Positions 37,337 to 45,980 of a DNA stretch of 64,000 bases are shown here, one piece after another. The translations under genes were made by a program, and so were the position numbers. Location: NCBI GenBank assembly GCA_947486575.1, contig CANKUB010000009.1, positions 8,649-72,648 of the forward strand, written 5' to 3'. Below the pieces are notes generated by a model. It made no database searches and was not told the origin of the DNA. It saw nothing but the letters and a program-made list of their open reading frames with translations. The stretch comes from Betaproteobacteria bacterium (GTDB lineage Bacteria; Pseudomonadota; Gammaproteobacteria; Burkholderiales; SG8-41). Position 1 is the stretch's first letter; each line of letters opens with the position of its first letter.

Positions 37337-38578
37337 TTGTCTACAGATCAATCGGCAGCACACCATGCCAAAGAAGAGCAGTCGAACCCGCAATACCCGC
37401 TTTCGGGCATCACGGTCATTGACCTGTCGCACATTTATGCGGGGCCCTACGCCACGTTTTTGATGGCCATGGCCGGCGCAACCGTGATCAAGGTCGAACC
37501 GCTGGAAGGCGAGAACCTGCGCAGCCGCGGCGACATGGGCGGCGCGGACATGCCTTTCGCCATGCTGAACTCCAACAAGAAACCGGTTACGCTCAATCTC
37601 AAGTCCGAAAAAGGCCTCGTGCTGTTTCGGGAGATGGTGGCCCGCGCCGACATACTGGTGGAAAACTTCGCGCCGGGCGTCACCGACCGTCTCGGCATCG
37701 GTGCCGCCGATCTTCACAAAATCAATCCGCGATTAATCTATGGTTCCAGCACGGGTTACGGCAGATCAGGGCCTTATCGCAACTATCCCGCCATGGACCT
37801 GGTGATGCAGGCGATGTGCGGCATCATGGATTCGACCGGGTTCGCCGATCAGCCGCCGGTCAAATCCGGTGCGGCGATGTGCGATTTCAGCGCGGGTGTA
37901 CATCTCTACGCTGCTGTTATTACTGCCCTGTACGAGCGCGAGCGCACCGGCAAGGGCCGGGTGGTCGAAATTTCGATGCAGGATGCGAACTATGCATCCT
38001 TGGCTTCCAATTTCGGCATGCTGCATGCGCGCGGCGCCGCTGCGCCGGCGCGCACCGGCAACCGGCATGCAGGGCTCGGCATCTCGCCGTACAACGCCTA
38101 CGCCACAACCGATGGCTACGTCGTGCTCAACGCGCCCAACGACCATCATTTTCATGCGATTCTTGAGGTCATGGGCCGATCAGACCTCAAAACAGATCCG
38201 CGCTTTACCTCACGCGCGACGCGTGTCGCCAACATGGCCGCCGTAGACGAATTGGTCGAGAGCTGGACAAAGACGCTGACCAAACGTGAAGTGGCGCAAC
38301 GCATGTTGAAGGCGTCAGTGCCGTGTGCCGAGGTGCGCACGCTGTCCGAAGTCATGCACGACGAAAATATGCACGCGCGCGGCAGCCTGCAGTGGGTGAA
38401 CCATCCGAAAATGGGCCGTGTCGTGCTCCCCCATTCGCCCTTGGTATTTGAGGGAACGCCACGCCTGCCGATTGAACCCAACCTGCCGCTGGGCGGCAGC
38501 AACAACACCATATTCTCCGATTGGCTGGGCCATACCGAAGCTGAATTGGCTGCCTATAAATCCGAAGGTGTAATCTAA
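37337..38578 (+). CDS. family III (CaiB/BaiF) CoA-transferase
   Basis: Motifs GITVIDLSHIYAGPYATFLMAMAGATVIKVE and ENFAPGV. TTG 37337 is preceded by GGAGG. The ORF-track start at 37046 overlaps citE and is an artefact of an open frame. Confidence 0.85.
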   Translation: MSTDQSAAHHAKEEQSNPQYPLSGITVIDLSHIYAGPYATFLMAMAGATVIKVEPLEGENLRSRGDMGGADMPFAMLNSNKKPVTLNLKSEKGLVLFREMVARADILVENFAPGVTDRLGIGAADLHKINPRLIYGSSTGYGRSGPYRNYPAMDLVMQAMCGIMDSTGFADQPPVKSGAAMCDFSAGVHLYAAVITALYERERTGKGRVVEISMQDANYASLASNFGMLHARGAAAPARTGNRHAGLGISPYNAYATTDGYVVLNAPNDHHFHAILEVMGRSDLKTDPRFTSRATRVANMAAVDELVESWTKTLTKREVAQRMLKASVPCAEVRTLSEVMHDENMHARGSLQWVNHPKMGRVVLPHSPLVFEGTPRLPIEPNLPLGGSNNTIFSDWLGHTEAELAAYKSEGVI

Positions 38579-38857
38579 GCGCATGGGGTGAAATGCTGAT
38601 GCTGGTGGATCAGCACGCACGATTTCTATCGAGTCATTCTGGTGCCAGCCGGAATCCCGTGCGTAATTTACAGAAATCGCAATCTGGCCATACAGTGTCC
38701 GATGATTTCCAACCTCAAGCGCCTACGAGCGTAATAAGCAGCCATTCGTTCTGGTTGACCGCGATCGGCTCAAATCGACCCATACGAGCCCCTCGCCACG
38801 CGACGGACAATAGGTCAGCTACCAGAGGTAGAGCTGTCGTTCTCAATCTTGCGACCG

Positions 38858-39854
38858 CTAGTCAGCGGGCTTAAACTGCTCCGCGAAATCCAAGAGCTGG
38901 GCGTTCAGCTCGTCGGCATCAGGCGCAAAGTGCGCTTCGCGGTGACAGTTTGGACATAGCGCAACGCAATTCCATACCCTATCACTTTTTTTGGGCACCG
39001 AGGATGTGGTGGATGTCGAGAAAGCCGGAGTAATCCCGTCGTTCACCGCAGCCTCTCCTCTCACAGCATTTAGCTCTGTCGATTACCGCCCGACGCACGC
39101 GTGGGTCGCGCTTGACTTGGGAACGAACTGCTAGACGCCGTGGCGCACCGTCACTACCTAGATTTGAATAGTCGGTTCCAGGACAGTCGTCGAAGGTGTC
39201 GTCAGTTGTACCCAAGTCTGCTAGGGCCAGCTTAGCAAGGTCCAAGACGCCCTGCCAAGCCCACAATGCATCCGATACCTCGTGAGCGTCCGGGGTCCGA
39301 TCGTCTTGCAGCCAGATCGTTGGGCTGGTCCCGTTCATTGCGTGGTTCTTTGTGCTGCGCCCCATCAAACCTCGTCGACGTAGGTCGTTGCTGATGTCAC
39401 GTTTACGGAGCCATATATCCATCAAAGCATCTCTGGGAATTAATGCGGCAAAGACAATTGTGCCGCCGTCTCGCTGAATTATTAGGTTATGTGTATTCCC
39501 GCGCTGCCGGTCTCGCTCCACAATGAATCTCAGAGTACCTTCCCAATCGTCATTGCGCAGCCGCGCGCGTAGTTGTGCTGCAGCGTACTTTCGCTCGTTC
39601 GCATTGCGACCTTCGCGTCTCCAACAGATCCTTATCCTCATCTTGAGAACTTGGCCCTCGTGTGACCGTGCACTTACAAACTGCTGGGTTGCCGTACCAG
39701 TCACTTCACGCGTGTCATCGAGTGCCTCGAATCTTCTTTCCACTAGGAACGGGGCAACAGAGTCCCGGGTGAGCCGTTCCGCAGTGATGCTGTCACTTCC
39801 TCGGAAGGCTCGCTTTGAATTTGGCACCGCTTCCCTCCTCGGCAATGTCGCCAA
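38858..39854 (-). pseudogene. McrA-like HNH endonuclease with ~270-aa unknown N-terminal domain, split by a frameshift in an A7 run
   Basis: The 38982-39854 ORF ends ...CCERRGCGERRDYSGFLDIHHILGAQKK*. The 38858-39064 ORF continues in another frame with ...SDRVWNCVALCPNCHREAHF. Removing one A from the A7 run (plus-strand T7 at 38986-38992) joins them into one complete HNH motif. Confidence 0.7.
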
Positions 39855-40002
39855 ACGTACCTATCGAACAACGATTCCCCCACAATTGATTGCTCCGGCG
39901 AATTTTAGGAGATCGCTGCTAGTTTCTGGCAAGGGTCTGCATTCTGGCATGTAACCGACGTTGATGCTTCCATTCCTGCCTCCCTGGCATTTCCGCTCAT
40001 GG

Positions 40003-40145
40003 CCGAGGCTGTGTGAAAACGCAGAACCAAATCATCAGCCGAAAAAATTGTTTGCAAGGATGCGTCATGTTGCATTCTCGGAGTTCGGGTAAGGGTGTGA
40101 AGACCCCGAAAATCATTCTCAGTTTGAGTTTTCACACAGCCTCGG
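40003..40145. repeat. 143-bp element with perfect 18-bp terminal inverted repeats (MITE-like or structured RNA)
   Basis: CCGAGGCTGTGTGAAAAC (40003-40020) is the exact reverse complement of GTTTTCACACAGCCTCGG (40128-40145). The 107-nt AT-richer spacer contains an internal TTCGGG/CCCGAA stem. Confidence 0.5.
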
Positions 40146-40301
40146 TCGGTTGCCGTCCTCCCACGGTTCTTTCGTACTGGCCTTTTAATGACCGCTCAGA
40201 CAAGCATCGCCAACGCATATCCGCCAAGCGCTGTGCTGGACCGACGGGTTGGTATGGATGCAAACAGCCGCCAGATAAAATTCCTTTTTAAAAACAGCTA
40301 G

Positions 40302-41987
40302 TTACGACTTTTGTGGGCTGAGCACCAGTGAAGACGCCTCACGGGCGATTTGCGCGCGCAGATCAGCCTTGCGTATTTTGCCGTTCGCGGTGCGTGGCAA
40401 CTGTTGCGCAATTTCAAGGCGCTCCGGCCAATACACTTTGGCGACACCACGCTCCGCCAGAAACGCCTGCATGCCTTTCATGTCCAGCGATTGCCCTTCG
40501 CGGCAAATCACAAAGGCACAGGCGCGTTCGCCCAGCCGTGGATCGGGCATGGCAACAATGGCGGCATCCTGCACGCGTGGATCTTCGTAGAGAATATCCT
40601 CCACGTACTTGACCGGAATGTTTTCGCCGCCGCGAATGATGATGTCTTTCAGGCGGCCGGTGATGCGTATAAAGCCTTCGGCATCCAGCGTCGCCAGATC
40701 ACCGGTATCGAACCACTCGCCGTCAAAGTTTTCACGGGTCAGCGCTTCCTGTTTGATATAGCCGACAAACATGAAAGGGCCGCGACACTGCAAACGGCCT
40801 TCGGTGCCTGCCGCAAGCAGTTGATTCTTATCATTCACCACGCGCACTTCCATCCCCGGCTGCGCACACCCATCCGTATTGAGCAATTTTTCGTCGGGCG
40901 CACCAATGCGCGTCAGCGTGACGACGGCGTTTTCGGTTTGCCCCCAGCCGCAGTGGATGCCCACGTGCGGCAGCTTCTCGCGCGCTTCGCGCAGCAGCGT
41001 GCGCGGGATCGGCCCGCCGCCGCAGCGAAAAATCCGGAAGGACGATAAATCGCATTGCTCGAGATTTTTGGCGCGCAGCAAGTCGAGCAAAAACGTGGCG
41101 CTGCCGCTGGAAACGGTGATGCGGTGTTTGGCGATCCATTCGACCATCTGTTCGGCGTTCCATACGTCCTGCAGCACCACCGTTGCGCCCAGTTGAATGG
41201 GCAGCCGCACGCCGTTCAAAAAGCCGGTTTGATGCGCAATGGTCGAGGCGATATGAATCACATCGCTGCTTTTGAGCTGCAGTGATGCGGCCAATGCCAG
41301 TTGCGGCGCCACGATGGTGTTGCTAGTGTGCATGACGCCTTTGGGTTCACCGGTGGCGCCAGAGGTGAATACAATTTCGGTCACGTCATTGGCGTGAGGC
41401 AGCGGCACGTTCGGTGCCGGGTGCGCGGTTGCCATGAACGTATCCCACGCAATCTCTTGGGGATTGGCGGCTTGGCCGACCACCATTGCATGCTGCAAAT
41501 CCGGCAACTCGGGCCGCATGCGATCCGCCATCGCGCGGTAGTCATGGCCCCGGAATTGATCGGGAATCACCAGCAGCCGGGCATCCGACAGCTTGAGCAT
41601 ATGCACCAGTTCGCGGTCGCGGCTGCCCGGGGTGATCAGGCTACTGACGACACCGATGCGCGTTGCCGCGAGATGCAGAATCAGGAACTCTTTCCAGTTC
41701 GGCAACTGTAGCGCCATCACATCGCCTGCTCGCAGGCCCAACGCGTGCAGGCCCGCGGCGCAGCGGGCAGCCTGCAACGCCAACTCTCCATATGTAATGG
41801 CGCCACGGCTGTCGATAATGGCCGTTTTGTATGGCGAGGCGATTACAGCATCATCAAAAAAATCCGTCAGCAACCGATTGGGCCATGCGCCGCTGGTGGT
41901 ATAACGTTGAATCTGTTCAGGTGTTAAACGCGTGTTGAATCGAGGCATGAATTTGTCGTGAAGTTGCGCGCCGCCTTCGCGTCTCAT
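40302..41987 (-). CDS. AMP-dependent acyl-CoA synthetase/ligase
   Basis: ANL-family motifs (IVFTSGATGEPKGV, WFDTGDLA, PRTANGKIRK). Start ambiguous: ATG at 42053, 42014, 41987 or 41948. Confidence 0.85.
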   Translation of the reverse strand: MRREGGAQLHDKFMPRFNTRLTPEQIQRYTTSGAWPNRLLTDFFDDAVIASPYKTAIIDSRGAITYGELALQAARCAAGLHALGLRAGDVMALQLPNWKEFLILHLAATRIGVVSSLITPGSRDRELVHMLKLSDARLLVIPDQFRGHDYRAMADRMRPELPDLQHAMVVGQAANPQEIAWDTFMATAHPAPNVPLPHANDVTEIVFTSGATGEPKGVMHTSNTIVAPQLALAASLQLKSSDVIHIASTIAHQTGFLNGVRLPIQLGATVVLQDVWNAEQMVEWIAKHRITVSSGSATFLLDLLRAKNLEQCDLSSFRIFRCGGGPIPRTLLREAREKLPHVGIHCGWGQTENAVVTLTRIGAPDEKLLNTDGCAQPGMEVRVVNDKNQLLAAGTEGRLQCRGPFMFVGYIKQEALTRENFDGEWFDTGDLATLDAEGFIRITGRLKDIIIRGGENIPVKYVEDILYEDPRVQDAAIVAMPDPRLGERACAFVICREGQSLDMKGMQAFLAERGVAKVYWPERLEIAQQLPRTANGKIRKADLRAQIAREASSLVLSPQKS

Positions 41988-42091
41988 CGCCTGATCGCGA
42001 ATGATTGTCCGCATGATGAAGCCGGGGCTCTGGCAAGGCGTTGTGTATGGCACAATTTAACCGTTATTCAACTGAATGTGCAAGGCAACTC

Positions 42092-42616
42092 ATGGCGCAA
42101 TTGACGATATACATGGTGGAACATTTGTTCTCCCGCCCCGACTGGGAGAAAGAATGGAACGCGTGGTACGAGGGTAATCTCAAGGTGCTGCTGGGCGTAC
42201 CGGGCTTTCTGACGGGGCAACGTTTCAGAAGTGCAGGCGTGGCGCGGCGTTATATGGCGATGTACACCGTTGACAGTCCTGCCGTTTTTGAAAGTGCGGT
42301 CTACAAGGCGGCGGGCGGCGGCGGCACCAATAGCCAGCGCTTTCGCGAGGCGTATGAAATCTGGATCCGCAACCTGTTCGACGTCACGCAAGCCATTCCG
42401 AATGTCGGGCCGCAGGATTATTTGCTGGTGGAGGACACTGCCAACGGCAACGCCCCGCTCAACCCCGGTGTGCAACGCATAACGTGCAGCGGCCTGCACA
42501 AGACGACGCCATTTCGATGTTTGAGCGTCCTGTCATCACCACCACAGGCGCTGCCACCGAATTCCATTTGTTATCGCGCTATTACCGCCCAGCAAGGGCC
42601 TTTGTATAAGGTGTAA
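42092..42616 (+). CDS. hypothetical protein (possibly a small alpha/beta-barrel, DUF4286-like)
   Basis: ORF divergent from the ligase gene with host-like codon usage. No clear motif; start chosen at MAQLTIYMVEH. Confidence 0.5.
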   Translation: MAQLTIYMVEHLFSRPDWEKEWNAWYEGNLKVLLGVPGFLTGQRFRSAGVARRYMAMYTVDSPAVFESAVYKAAGGGGTNSQRFREAYEIWIRNLFDVTQAIPNVGPQDYLLVEDTANGNAPLNPGVQRITCSGLHKTTPFRCLSVLSSPPQALPPNSICYRAITAQQGPLYKV

Positions 42617-42621
42617 GCCTC

Positions 42622-43995
42622 ATGAAAAATCACAGTGCACAGTTGGTTGAACATCTTGCCGGCCTTAAACCTGCGCTGCTGGACGATGCGGACAGCGCGT
42701 TGGGCAGCAACGCCACCATGGCCTTGCTCGATACCATAGGCTGCGGTCTGTATGGCGCGAACCAGCAATGGGGACGCATACTGCGCGAGCAGATTCTCGG
42801 CGAAGGCTCACGCGGCAAGGCCACGCTGTTTGGGGAGAGCATTACCGTTGCGCCGTCACGCGCGGCCCTGGCCAATGGCACGGCCTCCCACGGCTTTGAA
42901 CTGGACGACATTATTCAAGGCGCACTGGTGCATCCGGGCGCCGTCGTCATCCCTGCGGCACTGGCCATGGCGGAGCACTCGGGCGCATCCGGCGAACGGC
43001 TGCTGCTGGGCATTATCGCGGGCTATGAAGTGATGGCCCGGCTGGGTCTGGCCTTGGGCGCGGAACACAATACCCGCGGCTACCACACGACCGGCGTTGC
43101 GGGTCCCATCGCGGCCACCGTCGCAGCAGGCATTGTGGTCGGGCAATCGGTCGATACCATCCTGTCGGCAATTGGCATCGCCTGTTCAAGTGCCGGCGGC
43201 ATCAAGGCGTTTACCCAAGGCACCGGCGGCATGGTCAAACGCATGCATGCCGGACGCGCCGCCGAAACCGGCGTACTGGCGTGCGAATTGGCACAACGAG
43301 GATTTACCGGGCCCATGGCCGGCGTGGATGGACACTTCGGTTTGCTGGAAGTCATCGGCGGGCCTGACACCGATGTTGCGGCGCTGACACGTGACCTGGG
43401 CCGCGAATACGCCATCGCCAAAGTGTGGGTCAAGGCATACCCTTGCTGCGGACTGATTCACTCGGTATCGCATGCCATTGAATCGATCCGCAAAATGTCA
43501 TCACTCACGCCAGCGGACGTCAAAAGCATTGTGGTTCATACCAGCCGCCGCGCAGTTGAACACAATGGCGACCCCAATCCGCAGGAAACCATGGCCGCGC
43601 AATACAGCATCCCGTACTGCGCAGGGGCGGCGGTGGTGCAAAACCCGCGCGATCCGGCATCGTTTGATGCACAAGGGCTGCGCGACCCGGAAATCCGAAG
43701 GGTTGCCGCGCTGACACAGTTGCGCATCGATGAAAAAATGGATGTGCTATACCCGGCCCATTTCGCCGCACGCGTACAAATTGTCCTGAAAAACGAGAAG
43801 CAGTTCGAGCAAACTGTCATCGATCCGCATGGCACGGCCAGTGATGCCTGCGACGCAGCAGAAATAGAAGCCAAATTCCGCCTGCTGGCCAAGCCCGTGC
43901 AGACAACGCAACGCATCGATCAGGTAATCAGCGCAGTGCGTGATGTACGCGGCGCGGCGTCGGTGGCGGGCTTGTCGGCAACATTACATGCGTGA
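42622..43995 (+). CDS. MmgE/PrpD-family protein (second paralogue)
   Basis: 457 aa. Family-typical N-terminal region (LLDTIGCGLYG ... HGFELDD). Confidence 0.9.
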   Translation: MKNHSAQLVEHLAGLKPALLDDADSALGSNATMALLDTIGCGLYGANQQWGRILREQILGEGSRGKATLFGESITVAPSRAALANGTASHGFELDDIIQGALVHPGAVVIPAALAMAEHSGASGERLLLGIIAGYEVMARLGLALGAEHNTRGYHTTGVAGPIAATVAAGIVVGQSVDTILSAIGIACSSAGGIKAFTQGTGGMVKRMHAGRAAETGVLACELAQRGFTGPMAGVDGHFGLLEVIGGPDTDVAALTRDLGREYAIAKVWVKAYPCCGLIHSVSHAIESIRKMSSLTPADVKSIVVHTSRRAVEHNGDPNPQETMAAQYSIPYCAGAAVVQNPRDPASFDAQGLRDPEIRRVAALTQLRIDEKMDVLYPAHFAARVQIVLKNEKQFEQTVIDPHGTASDACDAAEIEAKFRLLAKPVQTTQRIDQVISAVRDVRGAASVAGLSATLHA

Positions 43996-44977
43996 GCTTG
44001 CAGTCCAAGGGTTGTGCGCCACCGGCGTTCTTTTTTTCGTTATGCCCGCAGGCGCGCAGACGCCTGCCCCCAGCTCAACAACCTACCCCGCGCGCCCGGT
44101 GCGCATCATCGTCCCCTACGCCCCCGGTGGCGGCATAGACTTTACCGCACGTCTGAGCGCGATGCACCTGCAACAGGGGCTGGGACAAAACGTCATCGTG
44201 GAAAATCGGCCTGGCGCTGGCGGCATTGTCGGCAGCGATATTGTCGCGAAGGCGGCAGCGGACGGCTACACACTACTCGCGGTGCCCATCAGTCACGCGG
44301 TCAATATCAGCCTTACGCCGAACATGCCGTTTCACCCGGAAAAAGATTTGGCGCCCATCGTGCATATAGCATCGGCGGCGAACATAGTACTGACACATCC
44401 GTCGGTGCCCGCGCGCACGGTGGCCGATTTGGTCAAATTGGCCCGCGCACAGCCCGGTGAATTGAGCTATGCCTCCAGCGGCAGCGGCAGCTCCACACAT
44501 CTGGCGACCGAGCTATTCATAATGCTGGCAAAAATTAATTTACTGCATGTGCCGTACAAAGGCGGCGGGCCAGCGTTGACCGATTTGATCGGCGGCCAGG
44601 TGTCGATGTATTTCGCCAGCTTGCCAGCAGCGGGGCCGCACTTGAAATCGGGCCGCCTGCGCGCACTGGCGGTTACCGGCAAACAACGCGTTGTCACGTT
44701 GCCAGAGGTGCCCACGGTGAATGAAACGGGTGTGCCAGGCTATGAATATGTTGGCTGGTATGGCTTGCTCGCACCGGCGGCCACGCCGGCAACGGTGATC
44801 GCTCGCTTGAATGCCGAGGTCAACAAGTTCATCAGTACCAAGGGATTTGCAGATCGCATCAGTGCCGACGGCGCGGAACCGGCCGGCGGCACAGCGCAAG
44901 CTTTTGGCTCGTTTATACACAGCGAAATCGCCAAGTGGGCCGCGGTGGTGAAGCATGCAGGCCTGGCGGGCAAATGA
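43988..44977 (+). CDS. Bug/TctC-family substrate-binding protein
   Basis: Signal peptide plus YPARPVRIIVPYAPGGGIDFTAR. ATG 43988 overlaps the prpD-like stop by 8 nt. Confidence 0.85.
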   Translation: MRELAVQGLCATGVLFFVMPAGAQTPAPSSTTYPARPVRIIVPYAPGGGIDFTARLSAMHLQQGLGQNVIVENRPGAGGIVGSDIVAKAAADGYTLLAVPISHAVNISLTPNMPFHPEKDLAPIVHIASAANIVLTHPSVPARTVADLVKLARAQPGELSYASSGSGSSTHLATELFIMLAKINLLHVPYKGGGPALTDLIGGQVSMYFASLPAAGPHLKSGRLRALAVTGKQRVVTLPEVPTVNETGVPGYEYVGWYGLLAPAATPATVIARLNAEVNKFISTKGFADRISADGAEPAGGTAQAFGSFIHSEIAKWAAVVKHAGLAGK

Positions 44978-45954
44978 TTGGGATCCGCATTGGCATCCAC
45001 TTCGGAATCGCCGCGCTGTTGTGTGCCGGGTACTCACCGGCGCGCGGCGCAGACGCGCCGTTTCCACTCAAGCCTGTGCGCATCATCGTACCCTTCGCGC
45101 CCGGCGGCGGTACAGATTTAATCGCGCGCGCCATCGCGCAAAAACTGTCGGAGGCGTGGAATCAGCAGGTGCTGATCGACAACCGTTCGGGCGGCGGCAC
45201 CGTGATCGGGTCTGAGTTAGTGGCCAAAGGCGCGCCCGACGGCCACACGTTATTGCTGACCGCCAACCCGCATACCACCAACCCAGCACTGAACGCGAAA
45301 TTGCCTTACGACACTTTGCGCGATTTCGCGGGTGTGACGCAAATCGCGACGTCACCGCTCATACTGACCGTACATCCCTCGTTGCCCGCGCGCAGCGTGC
45401 GCGAGCTGATTACATTGGCTAAACAACGGCCCGGGCAGCTGAGTTACGGCACATCGGGCAACGGCGGGCCGCAGCACCTGGCGGGTGAATCGTTCAAGTT
45501 CATGGCTGGCGTCAGTATGATTCATGTGCCTTACAAGGGTGGCTCACTGGCGATCACTGATCTTCTGGGCGGGCAAACGCAACTGATGTTCGGCAGCACC
45601 TTCACCGTTCTGCCGCAGATGAACGGCGGGCGTCTGCGCGGGCTTGCCATCACCGCCGCACAACGTTCGACTGTAATGCCCCACCTGCCCACCATCGCAG
45701 AGGCCGCGCTGCCCGGCTACGCCGTCACGACCTGGTATGGCGTGTTTGCGGCGGCAGCAACGCCGCGCAATCTCATTTCCAGGCTGCACGCGGATTTCGC
45801 GCGCTCGATCAAGCACGCTGATGTAGTGGATCGACTTACGCGTGATGGTTCCGAGCCGGTGGCCAGCGAACCGGCGGCGTTTGACGCCTTTATCCGCAGC
45901 GAGATCGAAAACGCGCGCCGCATCGTCAAGGCGTCAGGCATGCGGCTTGACTAA
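44974..45954 (+). CDS. Bug/TctC-family substrate-binding protein (tandem)
   Basis: ATGA overlap with the upstream stop. Signal peptide plus FPLKPVRIIVPFAPGGGTDLIAR. Confidence 0.85.
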   Translation: MIGIRIGIHFGIAALLCAGYSPARGADAPFPLKPVRIIVPFAPGGGTDLIARAIAQKLSEAWNQQVLIDNRSGGGTVIGSELVAKGAPDGHTLLLTANPHTTNPALNAKLPYDTLRDFAGVTQIATSPLILTVHPSLPARSVRELITLAKQRPGQLSYGTSGNGGPQHLAGESFKFMAGVSMIHVPYKGGSLAITDLLGGQTQLMFGSTFTVLPQMNGGRLRGLAITAAQRSTVMPHLPTIAEAALPGYAVTTWYGVFAAAATPRNLISRLHADFARSIKHADVVDRLTRDGSEPVASEPAAFDAFIRSEIENARRIVKASGMRLD

Positions 45955-45980
45955 ATTATTCAATATAATCAAATATTTAC
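45953..45980 (+). repeat. AT-rich intergenic motif copy (long form, perfect IHF-consensus core)
   Basis: AAATTATTCAATATAATCAAATATTTAC, directly abutting ATG 45981. The core AATCAAATATTTA (45967-45979) fits WATCAANNNNTTR. Confidence 0.55.

Noticed and set aside
38640-38655. TGGTGCCAGCCGGAAT, resembling the reverse complement of a tRNA 3' end (possible island att remnant)
   Set aside because: Only ~16 nt fit. The expected T-loop continuation (TCGAACC) is absent, and no intact tRNA gene or second copy of the 16-mer is present at the other end of the islet.
38982-38994. dnaX-type -1 programmed frameshift at A_AAA_AAG followed by TGA in the HNH gene
   Set aside because: The heptamer is in the correct phase, but a -1 shift enters a frame that encodes unrelated residues (VIGYGIALRY...) and terminates. 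The HNH continuation needs a +1 shift or loss of one A.
40013-40291. 92-aa and 76-aa ORFs (plus and minus strand) across the inverted-repeat element
   Set aside because: Both arise from the symmetry of the 18-bp inverted repeats (each begins MKTQ and contains FHTAS). They have atypical composition and no start-site signals.
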